64,000 nt of DNA from Chitinophagales bacterium (GTDB taxonomy: Bacteria; Bacteroidota; Bacteroidia; Chitinophagales; JADIYW01): contig JAXLTX010000002.1 in NCBI GenBank assembly GCA_046329775.1, positions 530,231 through 594,230 on the forward strand, given 5' to 3'. The position numbers and the translations under genes were made by a program. Below the pieces are notes generated by a model. It saw nothing but the letters and a program-made list of their open reading frames with translations. It did no database searches and was not told the origin of the DNA. Position 1 is the first letter of the stretch, and every line of letters starts with the position of its first letter. Below are positions 45,939 through 54,668 of this stretch, in pieces.

Positions 45939-46208
45939 ATGGAGCAACAAGACATCGACAGAGTTATTGAAATGGCCTGGGAAGACAGAACTCCGTTTGA
46001 GGCCATTAAAATCCAATTCGGCTTTTCGGAAGCGGATGTCATTGCGCTGATGCGGAAGGAATTAAGACGCGGCAGTTTCAATTTATGGAGAAAACGGGTC
46101 AACAGCGGCATCAGTCAGAAACATGCAAAGAAAAGGAATACCGAAATCACCCGTTTTAAATGCAGCCGACAGCGAACCATTTCCCTGAATAAAATTAGCA
46201 AGCGATAA
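45939..46208 (+). CDS. TIGR03643/DUF2805-like small protein
   Basis: DRVIEMAWEDRTPFEAIKIQFG...WRKRV matches my recollection of this family. Confidence 0.6.
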   Translation: MEQQDIDRVIEMAWEDRTPFEAIKIQFGFSEADVIALMRKELRRGSFNLWRKRVNSGISQKHAKKRNTEITRFKCSRQRTISLNKISKR

Positions 46209-46257
46209 ATGGAATTGCTATTTGCTGCTGACTAAAAACCGTTGAAATAATGATACA

Positions 46258-48330
46258 TCACTCACCCGGGTGGTAAATCCGTTCCGCACTTTTAAAAACC
46301 GCTTCTTTATTTAAAGTCATTGGTTTTGTCTTTTCATTCACAAACAGTTCCATCTGGTCGCTATAGTGTTTGCTTTCAGGATGTGTGGAAGCACCAAAAG
46401 GAGAAATGCTATTGATTTCCACGCCGTCTTTCCCAAATTTCATCAGCTGAAAATAACCGTCGCCGGCGGTTGCCTTATAAAATCCTTTTTTCTTATCGTA
46501 CTTCGTATCCACGGCACGCGGCACTTCGGATAATCCACCAATGGGATGATTTATATCTCCTCGTGATAAACGTTGAACTGCTCCTAAAGGAACATCCAGT
46601 GTATTGTATTTTTTCAGTAAATAAGCTTTTGCCTTGCCCAATGCCTTCACCACCTCTGCTTCTGTCAGCGGTTTCTCTTTGATCATTAAAAATGCATACG
46701 GCAGTTTGAGTTTACCTACGGCAAATTTATTCGTCAGCATTGCCAATCCTGCGTTGGTATCGTTTTTATCACCGCTTAAATTCCAGGCTTTTATTTTAGC
46801 AATCGCTTCCTTTAAATCCGGATATTTGGTTGCGTCTAACGTAAATAAGGCTTTGAAATTACGCATGTATCGTCCGCTGTCATCATACGACTTATCAAAT
46901 TTTATCCGCAGAAAATCCTGCCAGGTAAATGCACCCTGATGTTCGTTCAGCAATCTCGAGAATCGTTCGTTTCGGTTATAGGTAAACAACTGCAAGCCAA
47001 CAAAATAGTCTTTTGAATTCTCATCATACGACGTAGCCTGCAAAGGCGTTCCGTTGCAGTTAAACAGGAAACCGCATTTCGGATTCGTATATTTTATTTT
47101 CCGTTCGTAGGGCAATAATTTAGTCCATAGATATTTCGAAGAAGTGCCTTCTACCGGGCGGTTCCAGTTCAGCATGGAATCGCGCAAGGGAATTTTACCT
47201 TCCGAGATAAAAAAGATATTGCCGTCTTTATCGCCATAGGTAATATTAAATAATGGCAGTGCTTCCATTTTCACCACCTCCTCAAACTCCTGCAGATTAT
47301 TTGTTTTGTTCATGCGATACCATTGCTCCGCACCGCGTATGTCCATGGCAGACGGATATCGCAGCGCATACCAGCCGTGTTTGGTTTTAAACACCGGACC
47401 ATACACACTGATGGGTACCATTCGTTTTACCGGCAGTTTCAAGGCACCTAATTTTATCTTCAAATGAATGGTTTTATAGGTAAATCTTCTCCACGCGCCA
47501 TCGTACCAGTAAGAATCATGGTTATTGCTCAATTTCATTTTATAGACATCACCGAAATTGTGATAATCGGTGGTGTGTGCCCAGCCTAAACTATCGTTGC
47601 AGCCAACCATTACAGAAACGCAACCCGGAAACAAGCCACCAAGTGCATTCCACCCCTCATCGCTGTTGATGTGTGCTTCGTACCAGGCCATTTGCCCTTC
47701 TATCGGCTGATGCGAATTACTCAGCAGCCAGGTTTTACCATCTTCTGTTCTCGAAGGTGCCAGCACCATGGCGTTAGAGCCACTTCCCTTTTCATTCGGC
47801 TGAAAGAATTCAGCTGTCAGATTGTCTTTAATCGCTTTCAAATCCAGTCCCGCACCTGCCAGTAAAATCCCAACAGACACATAACCTTTAATGACATCCA
47901 GCGGAGAAAACGGCAAAGTACCTTTTACCAGTACTTCATCAGGGTGTTTAATACCGTAATCATTCACCGCCTGTGTGTAAGCTTCCACTATCTTTCTAAA
48001 CTCCGGCGACAAGTCCTTTTCATACCGGTTTTCCACCAAGGTATCTACGCCGAAAAACTGCATCGCATAATCAAACAGAACTCCGTTTTTTCCGAGTACC
48101 GTACCCAATTTATTTTTAGCAGGCAATAAATTATACTGAATGAGTTTAAAGGCATCTTCACAATGCGCCCAGGCTAAACCATACGCAGCATCCGCATCCG
48201 TTTTACCATAGATATGCGGCACACCAAACGTATCACGCACAATGGTCACATTTTCCGGTTTGTAGGAATACGTTGCATAAGAAAATAAAAAAGAGCTTAA
48301 AACAAAAGTCAGTATAAATAGCTTTTTCAT
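46258..48330 (-). CDS. Penicillin acylase family protein (Ntn hydrolase, S45)
   Basis: The start was chosen at the signal peptide MKKLFILTFVLSS. The candidate nucleophile context is GSGSNAMVLAP. About 690 aa. Confidence 0.8.
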   Translation of the reverse strand: MKKLFILTFVLSSFLFSYATYSYKPENVTIVRDTFGVPHIYGKTDADAAYGLAWAHCEDAFKLIQYNLLPAKNKLGTVLGKNGVLFDYAMQFFGVDTLVENRYEKDLSPEFRKIVEAYTQAVNDYGIKHPDEVLVKGTLPFSPLDVIKGYVSVGILLAGAGLDLKAIKDNLTAEFFQPNEKGSGSNAMVLAPSRTEDGKTWLLSNSHQPIEGQMAWYEAHINSDEGWNALGGLFPGCVSVMVGCNDSLGWAHTTDYHNFGDVYKMKLSNNHDSYWYDGAWRRFTYKTIHLKIKLGALKLPVKRMVPISVYGPVFKTKHGWYALRYPSAMDIRGAEQWYRMNKTNNLQEFEEVVKMEALPLFNITYGDKDGNIFFISEGKIPLRDSMLNWNRPVEGTSSKYLWTKLLPYERKIKYTNPKCGFLFNCNGTPLQATSYDENSKDYFVGLQLFTYNRNERFSRLLNEHQGAFTWQDFLRIKFDKSYDDSGRYMRNFKALFTLDATKYPDLKEAIAKIKAWNLSGDKNDTNAGLAMLTNKFAVGKLKLPYAFLMIKEKPLTEAEVVKALGKAKAYLLKKYNTLDVPLGAVQRLSRGDINHPIGGLSEVPRAVDTKYDKKKGFYKATAGDGYFQLMKFGKDGVEINSISPFGASTHPESKHYSDQMELFVNEKTKPMTLNKEAVFKSAERIYHPGE

Positions 48331-48557
48331 GGAATGGAATATTCTCCTAAAATAGATAATAGGAACTATATTTTCTGCATTCAACAAATTGTAATTTAAC
48401 TGACAGCCATATGAAATCCGGAACACTTGCGCCCTGTTTGGCCTGTTTTATCTCAAAGGTAAAACCGACCTTTATCCGTCAGACAGAAGCACCTCATCAA
48501 AAACTCATACAAAATCCGTATCTTTAGGCTTCATTATACACTTAAAAATATTACACC

Positions 48558-49799
48558 TTGAATTTTAACGAATTTGGCTTTGATGAGCGACTGATGGAAG
48601 GGATAGATGCCATGAACTACAAACAGGCGACCCCCGTGCAGGAACAGGTGATCCCCATCATCCGTGCAGGTAAGGATCTGATAGCCTCGGCACAAACAGG
48701 CACCGGCAAAACAGCCGCTTTCCTGTTGCCCATCCTGAATGAATTGATTACACAGGAGCGACATGAAGATGAGGTGAATGCACTGGTAATCGTGCCGACA
48801 CGCGAATTGGCTGTACAGATTTCACAGAATCTGGAAGCCTTCTCCTACTTCACCCCTATCAGTTCCATTGCGATATATGGCGGTGGCGACGGTCACTCCT
48901 TTGAAAACGAAAAAAGAGCCTTATCGCAGGGCGTGGATATCGTCATCTGCACACCGGGCAGGATGTTGAGTCATCTGGCTTCCGGTTATGTACGACTTAA
49001 AGGCTTAAAACATCTGATTCTGGATGAAGCAGACAGAATGCTGGATATGGGTTTTTATGATGACATCATGAAAATCATCACCTATCTTCCTACCGAACGT
49101 CAGACACTGCTCTTTTCGGCCACCATGCCGCCAAAGATGAGACAGATGGGGCTTACTATACTGAAGAATCCGGAACAGGTGAATATCTCCATATCCAAAC
49201 CACCGGAGAAGATTGTTCAGAAAGCTTATGTCGTATACGAACCGCAAAAGATTCCGCTGGTAAAATCAATCCTTAAAGATGTGCAGTACAACAAGATTGT
49301 CATCTTCTGCTCCAGAAAGGAAAACGTAAAGAAACTTAGTCGCGAGTTGAATCGTGACCGCATAAAGAACGAAGAGATACATTCAGACCTGGAGCAGACG
49401 GAACGAGAAAACGTGCTGCTGAATTTCAGAAGCGGACGCACACATATCATCGTTGCCACGGATGTCTTGTCGCGCGGTATTGACATTGAGGATATCGATC
49501 TGGTTATCAACTTTGACGTACCCAATGATGGCGAAGATTATGTGCATCGTATAGGCAGAACAGCGCGTGCGGAGACGAACGGAACAGCTATCACACTGGT
49601 AAGTTTGGAAGAGCAGCTTAAAATGTTGCAAATCGAAGAGCTGCTGGGACAAGCGGTTCCCAAAGCGGAATTGCCAAAGCAATTCGGAGAAGCACCGGCC
49701 TATGATCCGCAACCTAAAAAGAAATTCAACAACAACAGGAAGAAACCTTTTCGAAAACCATTTCATAAAAGAGGCCCGGGGGGACTGCCAAAATCCTGA
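48558..49799 (+). CDS. DEAD-box ATP-dependent RNA helicase
   Basis: Q motif, AQTGTGKT, DEAD, SAT, HRIGRTAR, and a basic C-terminal tail. TTG start. Confidence 0.9.
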   Translation: MNFNEFGFDERLMEGIDAMNYKQATPVQEQVIPIIRAGKDLIASAQTGTGKTAAFLLPILNELITQERHEDEVNALVIVPTRELAVQISQNLEAFSYFTPISSIAIYGGGDGHSFENEKRALSQGVDIVICTPGRMLSHLASGYVRLKGLKHLILDEADRMLDMGFYDDIMKIITYLPTERQTLLFSATMPPKMRQMGLTILKNPEQVNISISKPPEKIVQKAYVVYEPQKIPLVKSILKDVQYNKIVIFCSRKENVKKLSRELNRDRIKNEEIHSDLEQTERENVLLNFRSGRTHIIVATDVLSRGIDIEDIDLVINFDVPNDGEDYVHRIGRTARAETNGTAITLVSLEEQLKMLQIEELLGQAVPKAELPKQFGEAPAYDPQPKKKFNNNRKKPFRKPFHKRGPGGLPKS

Positions 49800-49829
49800 A
49801 ACAATCCATGAAAAGTGCAGTTATCCGGA

Positions 49830-50267
49830 TTATTTTACAGCATAAATACCATCCTCTTCGATCCTGATTTTTTTGAGTTTATATAAATTGCCTACCGCAT
49901 TTTTAAATGCTTTCTTACTCATATTTAATTTTTCCCGCACCTCATCAGGGGCACTCTTGTCATTCAGTTTAAGGTGACCTTTATATTGTTTTAATTTGGC
50001 AAGAATGATCTGGGAATTCCGTTCTATTACATGCTGAAATCCCTGTGGCTGTAAACTTATATCCAGTTTTCCATCATCTCTCACTTTCTTGATGTATGCA
50101 TCGATTTCCTGCCCCAAAGCAAGAGGTTGAAATATTTCATTATGGTACAGCAGGCCGTCACGCTGCTCTTCACCTACATATACCTCGATACCTAAATTCG
50201 TCGGCCTGCCGATAATAAGTCTAACCTTATCTCCTGGCGCATATTCCATTTCATTCATTTGTTGCAA
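49830..50267 (-). CDS. S1-like RNA-binding domain protein (CvfB C-terminal-like)
   Basis: An S1-like barrel (GDKVRLIIGRPTNLGIEVYV...) followed by a winged-helix-like tail. Confidence 0.55.
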   Translation of the reverse strand: MQQMNEMEYAPGDKVRLIIGRPTNLGIEVYVGEEQRDGLLYHNEIFQPLALGQEIDAYIKKVRDDGKLDISLQPQGFQHVIERNSQIILAKLKQYKGHLKLNDKSAPDEVREKLNMSKKAFKNAVGNLYKLKKIRIEEDGIYAVK

Positions 50268-50405
50268 AGTTAAGCAATAATAGTGTCTGTTGAATGCAGC
50301 TGATATTAAGACAGATAGATGTAACGAATGCGCTAACGGGCGACGTTTAATCCTTAAAAAATCCTTAAAATCCTTACAGAACCGTAATTATGGTGTATTA
50401 AATAG

Positions 50406-50413
50406 TATTTTTG
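50406..50413 (+). promoter_or_regulatory. Candidate -7 box (TAnnTTTG)
   Basis: TATTTTTG lies 14 nt upstream of the ATG at 50428. Confidence 0.35.
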
Positions 50414-50427
50414 TACAAAATTACACA

Positions 50428-52251
50428 ATGAGTTTCAGAAGACCGGCTACAGACGAGAATTCCCCTAAAACATTATCTAAAGAGGCCTTCAACAGCAGTT
50501 TAAAAATCATCCATTATTTAAAGCCGCATAAGTTCTTGTTTTTTCTCGGCGCCGTATTTCTGATCCTATCCACGATAACGGCGCTTTCATTCCCGTACCT
50601 TTTCCCATTGCTCGTAGACCTTGCACAGCACAAGGAGGTGCATATCCTGCAATTTCAGGGAAAGAACCTGATCAACATCACCACTCGCCTGCAGCTGATA
50701 GAAATCATCGTCATCCTGCTTATCACACAAAGTGTTGTTTCCTTTTTCAGGTTGTATATTTTTGCCCAAACCAATGAACGCATTCTGGCCAATATACGAC
50801 ATGACCTCTATAATAAAATCATCAGTCTGCCCATCTCTTTTTATGAGAAAAACAGAATCGGTGAACTGACCAGTCGCATCACTTCAGACGTAACCAAACT
50901 GCAGGATGCCCTTTCTTTGGATCTGGCGGAATTTTTCAGACAGATTCTCACCCTGCTGGGCGGAATTGTGGTCCTCTTCCTGATCTCCAAAAGCCTGACA
51001 TTTTTTATTATGGGTACAGTTCCCGTAGTCGTGTTGTTTGGTCTGCTATTCGGAAGATTCATCCGTAAAAAATCCGCAGAGGCACAACAGGCCGTTGCAG
51101 ATTCAAATGTGGTGGTAGAAGAGACTTTCCACAATATCAATATCGTAAAGGCCTATACCAATGAATTATTCGAAAGCAACCGTTATCTTGAAAAGGTAAA
51201 CACCATCAAACGCGTTTATCTGAGCAATGCCCTGTTCAGGGGTTCCTTCATTTCCTTTATCATTCTGGTCATGTTTGGCGTTATCACCCTGGTGCTGTAT
51301 AAGGCCAGCGGACTGCTGGAGCAAGGTGAACTTAGCGTTGGTCAGGTATTGCAATTCATTATCTTCACCGTATTCATTGGCGGTTCACTGGCCGGATTGG
51401 CAGAATTGTACGGCAAAATCATCAGTGCCTTAGGCTCTTCCGACAGGATTTCCCAGATACTCAATATTCCTTCGGAGGTACAGATCAAACAAGCGAAATC
51501 AGCAAAATTCAACGGAGACATAGCGTTCAGGGAAGTTGCCTTTAATTATCCGACGAGACCGGAGACGGATGTTCTAAAGGGCATTTCCTTTCAGGTGAAA
51601 AAAGGAGAAAAGATTGCACTGGTTGGTGCATCCGGTGCCGGAAAATCGACCATTCTGCAGATACTCCTGCGATTTTACGAAGTGCAGAGAGGTGGAATCA
51701 CCATTGACAACACATCAATCTACGACATAGACGTTCAGGATTTAAGAGCTAACATCGCGGTCGTGCCACAGGAAGTGTTGTTATTTGGTGGAACCATCAA
51801 AGAAAACATCCTTTACGGTAAATTAGATGCAAGCGATGAGGAGGTGATAAATGCTGCCAGAAAAGCCAATGCCTACGATTTCATCAGTAATTTCCCGCAA
51901 GGAATGGATACGCTGGTCGGAGAACGCGGGGTTAAGCTTTCCGGCGGACAACGCCAGCGCATTGCCATTGCCAGAGCCATCCTGAAAGACCCGGCCATCC
52001 TCTTGCTGGATGAAGCGACAAGTGCGCTGGATGCTGAATCTGAAAAATCGGTACAATCTGCTTTGGATACACTGATGGAAGGCAGAACAACCATCATTAT
52101 CGCACACCGACTATCTACCATCCGAAATGTAGATAAGATTCTGGTGATGAACCACGGAAAGATTGTGGAACAGGGAAGCCATCAGGAACTGAGTGAAATG
52201 CAGGATGGATTGTACACCCATCTACTGAAACTGCAATACCAGTTAAACTAA
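50428..52251 (+). CDS. ABC transporter permease/ATP-binding protein (MsbA-like exporter)
   Basis: Six-TM domain followed by Walker A GASGAGKST, signature LSGGQRQRIAIARA, Walker B LLLDEATSALD. Confidence 0.9.
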   Translation: MSFRRPATDENSPKTLSKEAFNSSLKIIHYLKPHKFLFFLGAVFLILSTITALSFPYLFPLLVDLAQHKEVHILQFQGKNLINITTRLQLIEIIVILLITQSVVSFFRLYIFAQTNERILANIRHDLYNKIISLPISFYEKNRIGELTSRITSDVTKLQDALSLDLAEFFRQILTLLGGIVVLFLISKSLTFFIMGTVPVVVLFGLLFGRFIRKKSAEAQQAVADSNVVVEETFHNINIVKAYTNELFESNRYLEKVNTIKRVYLSNALFRGSFISFIILVMFGVITLVLYKASGLLEQGELSVGQVLQFIIFTVFIGGSLAGLAELYGKIISALGSSDRISQILNIPSEVQIKQAKSAKFNGDIAFREVAFNYPTRPETDVLKGISFQVKKGEKIALVGASGAGKSTILQILLRFYEVQRGGITIDNTSIYDIDVQDLRANIAVVPQEVLLFGGTIKENILYGKLDASDEEVINAARKANAYDFISNFPQGMDTLVGERGVKLSGGQRQRIAIARAILKDPAILLLDEATSALDAESEKSVQSALDTLMEGRTTIIIAHRLSTIRNVDKILVMNHGKIVEQGSHQELSEMQDGLYTHLLKLQYQLN

Positions 52252-52257
52252 ACGAAT

Positions 52258-52875
52258 TTACTCAATCTTATTATGCATCAAGGTAGCCCCTGTAAACTTG
52301 AAATCGCGGACATCGCAGGTTCCGTTTTCGATAACGGCATCCAGGTCTGCTTCTAGTTCACCTGTAACAAGATTGCTGATTCTGTTGTAGCTCGACAATC
52401 TGAGTTTACCTCTGTTGTTATGGATCGTGCCGCCGTACATGGCATTTACGCCACTCTTATTTTTGATGAAAGCGGTCACCAATACTTTCTGACCGGTTTC
52501 AAAGGAATAGGAAAACGGAATTTTTTCCAGCAACGTCAAATCTCGGATGGCAATATACACCTCTGTCTTGCTGGCATCATCGTATAGCTTGATGATGTAA
52601 AACTGATCATTATTGATCATATCCATACCACTGTCCATGGAATGTTCGATAGGATATCTGGATGCGTCAATGCCATGAAACTCCCTGCCCATAATCATAC
52701 CTTTCGCTACAATCTCTTTTTTCACTTTATTGAGCAGATAACTGGAGTCAATGGCCTCTGTCTGTTCAATCGTCGGTTTCATGATATGGAGCGTATATCG
52801 AAATTTGTACAATATGATGACCGTCAACAGGACTATCAACGGAATTGTTTTCAGTACGGATCTAGGAAATTTCAT
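52258..52875 (-). CDS. Hypothetical protein with N-terminal membrane anchor
   Basis: 205-aa ORF with one N-terminal TM helix and no recognised motif. Confidence 0.5.
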   Translation of the reverse strand: MKFPRSVLKTIPLIVLLTVIILYKFRYTLHIMKPTIEQTEAIDSSYLLNKVKKEIVAKGMIMGREFHGIDASRYPIEHSMDSGMDMINNDQFYIIKLYDDASKTEVYIAIRDLTLLEKIPFSYSFETGQKVLVTAFIKNKSGVNAMYGGTIHNNRGKLRLSSYNRISNLVTGELEADLDAVIENGTCDVRDFKFTGATLMHNKIE

Positions 52876-52939
52876 GCCCTAAAGATAGTTTATAATTGAA
52901 ATACATTTCGTTAAACAAGGCAAATATATCGATTGAATT

Positions 52940-53992
52940 TTAATCCTCAAATCTATTGATGGATATTTCATGAGAAATTTCGGGATAGTGTTCCAGATAA
53001 TCGGTGAAAAAATCCGCCAGATAGGGCGACAAAGAAACCCCTTTTGTGCCCATTCCGTTAAAGATAAACATATTCCGGTATGCAGGATGCCTGCCAATCA
53101 CAGGGCGCCTGTCCGGCATTGCAGGACGTATGCCGGCCCTTTCTTCCACAATCGTGTAGGGTGACTTCACCACTTTTTCCATCTTTTGCAGTATCTCTGC
53201 ACGTCCGGCATCCGTGATGCTCTCTTCCACATCGTCCCAGACAAAAGTGGATCCGATACTGTACAGATCATTTCCTTTGGGAATAATGAAAATATTGCGG
53301 TTCAGAATGTCGCTGAGTTTCAGATCTTCCGCATGTATCTCTATCTGCTCACCTTTTGCTAGTGCAAACGGAATCCATTTGAAATATGGATTCTGAAAGG
53401 CTCTGTATCCTTCACAAAAGATGATCCCTGATGCGCTGATATCCTTATAGCTGACAGTGTCATCCATCTCGAGTGCAGAGAAATCAAATTCTTCTTCCAG
53501 AAGTCGGTCCTCCTTCAACAGATAGGTCCGGAAAGCTTTGGTAAATACGGGTACATCCATCCAGCAGGCGAGCTGTATGACGCCTGCGCCGAATGGTGCG
53601 GAAATATGGGGATTATTGTCGCCCGGATACACGATATCCCCCAGATAGGGCATGTATTCGGCATCCGTTTTTTTTATGTTCCAGATATTGACATCTTCTT
53701 GCGAAGAAAACACCTTGAAAATCTCCTTCTCAAACAGGAAGGAAACCCCTAACTCCTGCTCCAGTTCTTTATAAGCATTCTTTGAAAAGGGCAGTATTTC
53801 ATCAATCTTCCATGTCTTCACCATCTTTCTGCCGGTAATCGGATTCACGACACCTGCGGCAATATTGGAGGATGAGTTGGGATTGTATAGATCGACCACC
53901 ACCACAGACTTTCCTTTCTTCAGCAAATAGTATGCAACCATGCTTCCGGCAATTCCCTGCCCTACTATAATATAATCTGTCTGCTTCATCAA
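52940..53992 (-). CDS. FAD-dependent oxidoreductase (MnmC oxidase-domain-like, DAO family)
   Basis: N-terminal DYIIVGQGIAGS FAD motif. It lies 6 nt downstream of mnmD. Confidence 0.7.
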   Translation of the reverse strand: MMKQTDYIIVGQGIAGSMVAYYLLKKGKSVVVVDLYNPNSSSNIAAGVVNPITGRKMVKTWKIDEILPFSKNAYKELEQELGVSFLFEKEIFKVFSSQEDVNIWNIKKTDAEYMPYLGDIVYPGDNNPHISAPFGAGVIQLACWMDVPVFTKAFRTYLLKEDRLLEEEFDFSALEMDDTVSYKDISASGIIFCEGYRAFQNPYFKWIPFALAKGEQIEIHAEDLKLSDILNRNIFIIPKGNDLYSIGSTFVWDDVEESITDAGRAEILQKMEKVVKSPYTIVEERAGIRPAMPDRRPVIGRHPAYRNMFIFNGMGTKGVSLSPYLADFFTDYLEHYPEISHEISINRFED

Positions 53993-53998
53993 TCTGTT

Positions 53999-54664
53999 TT
54001 ATAATTTCACACAACGTGTCATCTCTCTTTTTCCTTTTGGTCCCGGTAAGGCCTCCACGACAAACCCTACGCTTTTCATCGTTCTTTTCACGACTCCTTT
54101 GGCACAATACGTCACAAGTATCCCGTTTGGCCTCAGGGCATTGTACATGGAACGAAAAATGGCTTCCGTCCATAGCTCCGGTTGTGCAGAAGGTGCAAAG
54201 GCATCAAAATAGATGATGTCAAATTGTTCTTTATAATTTATGTCTTCAATGTTCATCTCAGTCTTCTTCAGATTGAAAAATGCACTGACGGGTTGCATCT
54301 GCTCCCACTCGCACTGCTGAATGTCATTCCAGAACGAGTTGCACCGACCGACATCGGTAAGTGCACAATAATTGAGCTTTGAGCTCATTTCTGCTGCTAT
54401 AGGAAACTTCTCCACAGAGGTATAATTCACATGCATCTTATGCTTTTCTGCCTCTATACAGGTGAGCAATGCATTCAATCCTGTACCAAAACCGGTTTCC
54501 AGAATATCAATCGTCTGGTTCGATAATTTCTGCCTCAACCCTGCATTGATAAACACATGCATCGACTCCTGCAAGGCTCCGTGCACAGAGTGATAATGTT
54601 CATCATAGTTTTCCGCATAGAGCGTGTTGCTTCCATCCTCTGTCACTACCAGCCTGGGTTCCAT
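53999..54664 (-). CDS. mnmD: tRNA (mnm5s2U34)-methyltransferase, MnmD (stand-alone MnmC methyltransferase domain)
   Basis: TEDGSNTLY...HYHSVHGALQES... and ILETGFGTGLN, ...YFDAFAP...PELW, typical of the MnmC N-terminal domain. Confidence 0.75.
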   Translation of the reverse strand: MEPRLVVTEDGSNTLYAENYDEHYHSVHGALQESMHVFINAGLRQKLSNQTIDILETGFGTGLNALLTCIEAEKHKMHVNYTSVEKFPIAAEMSSKLNYCALTDVGRCNSFWNDIQQCEWEQMQPVSAFFNLKKTEMNIEDINYKEQFDIIYFDAFAPSAQPELWTEAIFRSMYNALRPNGILVTYCAKGVVKRTMKSVGFVVEALPGPKGKREMTRCVKL

Positions 54665-54668
54665 GTGC

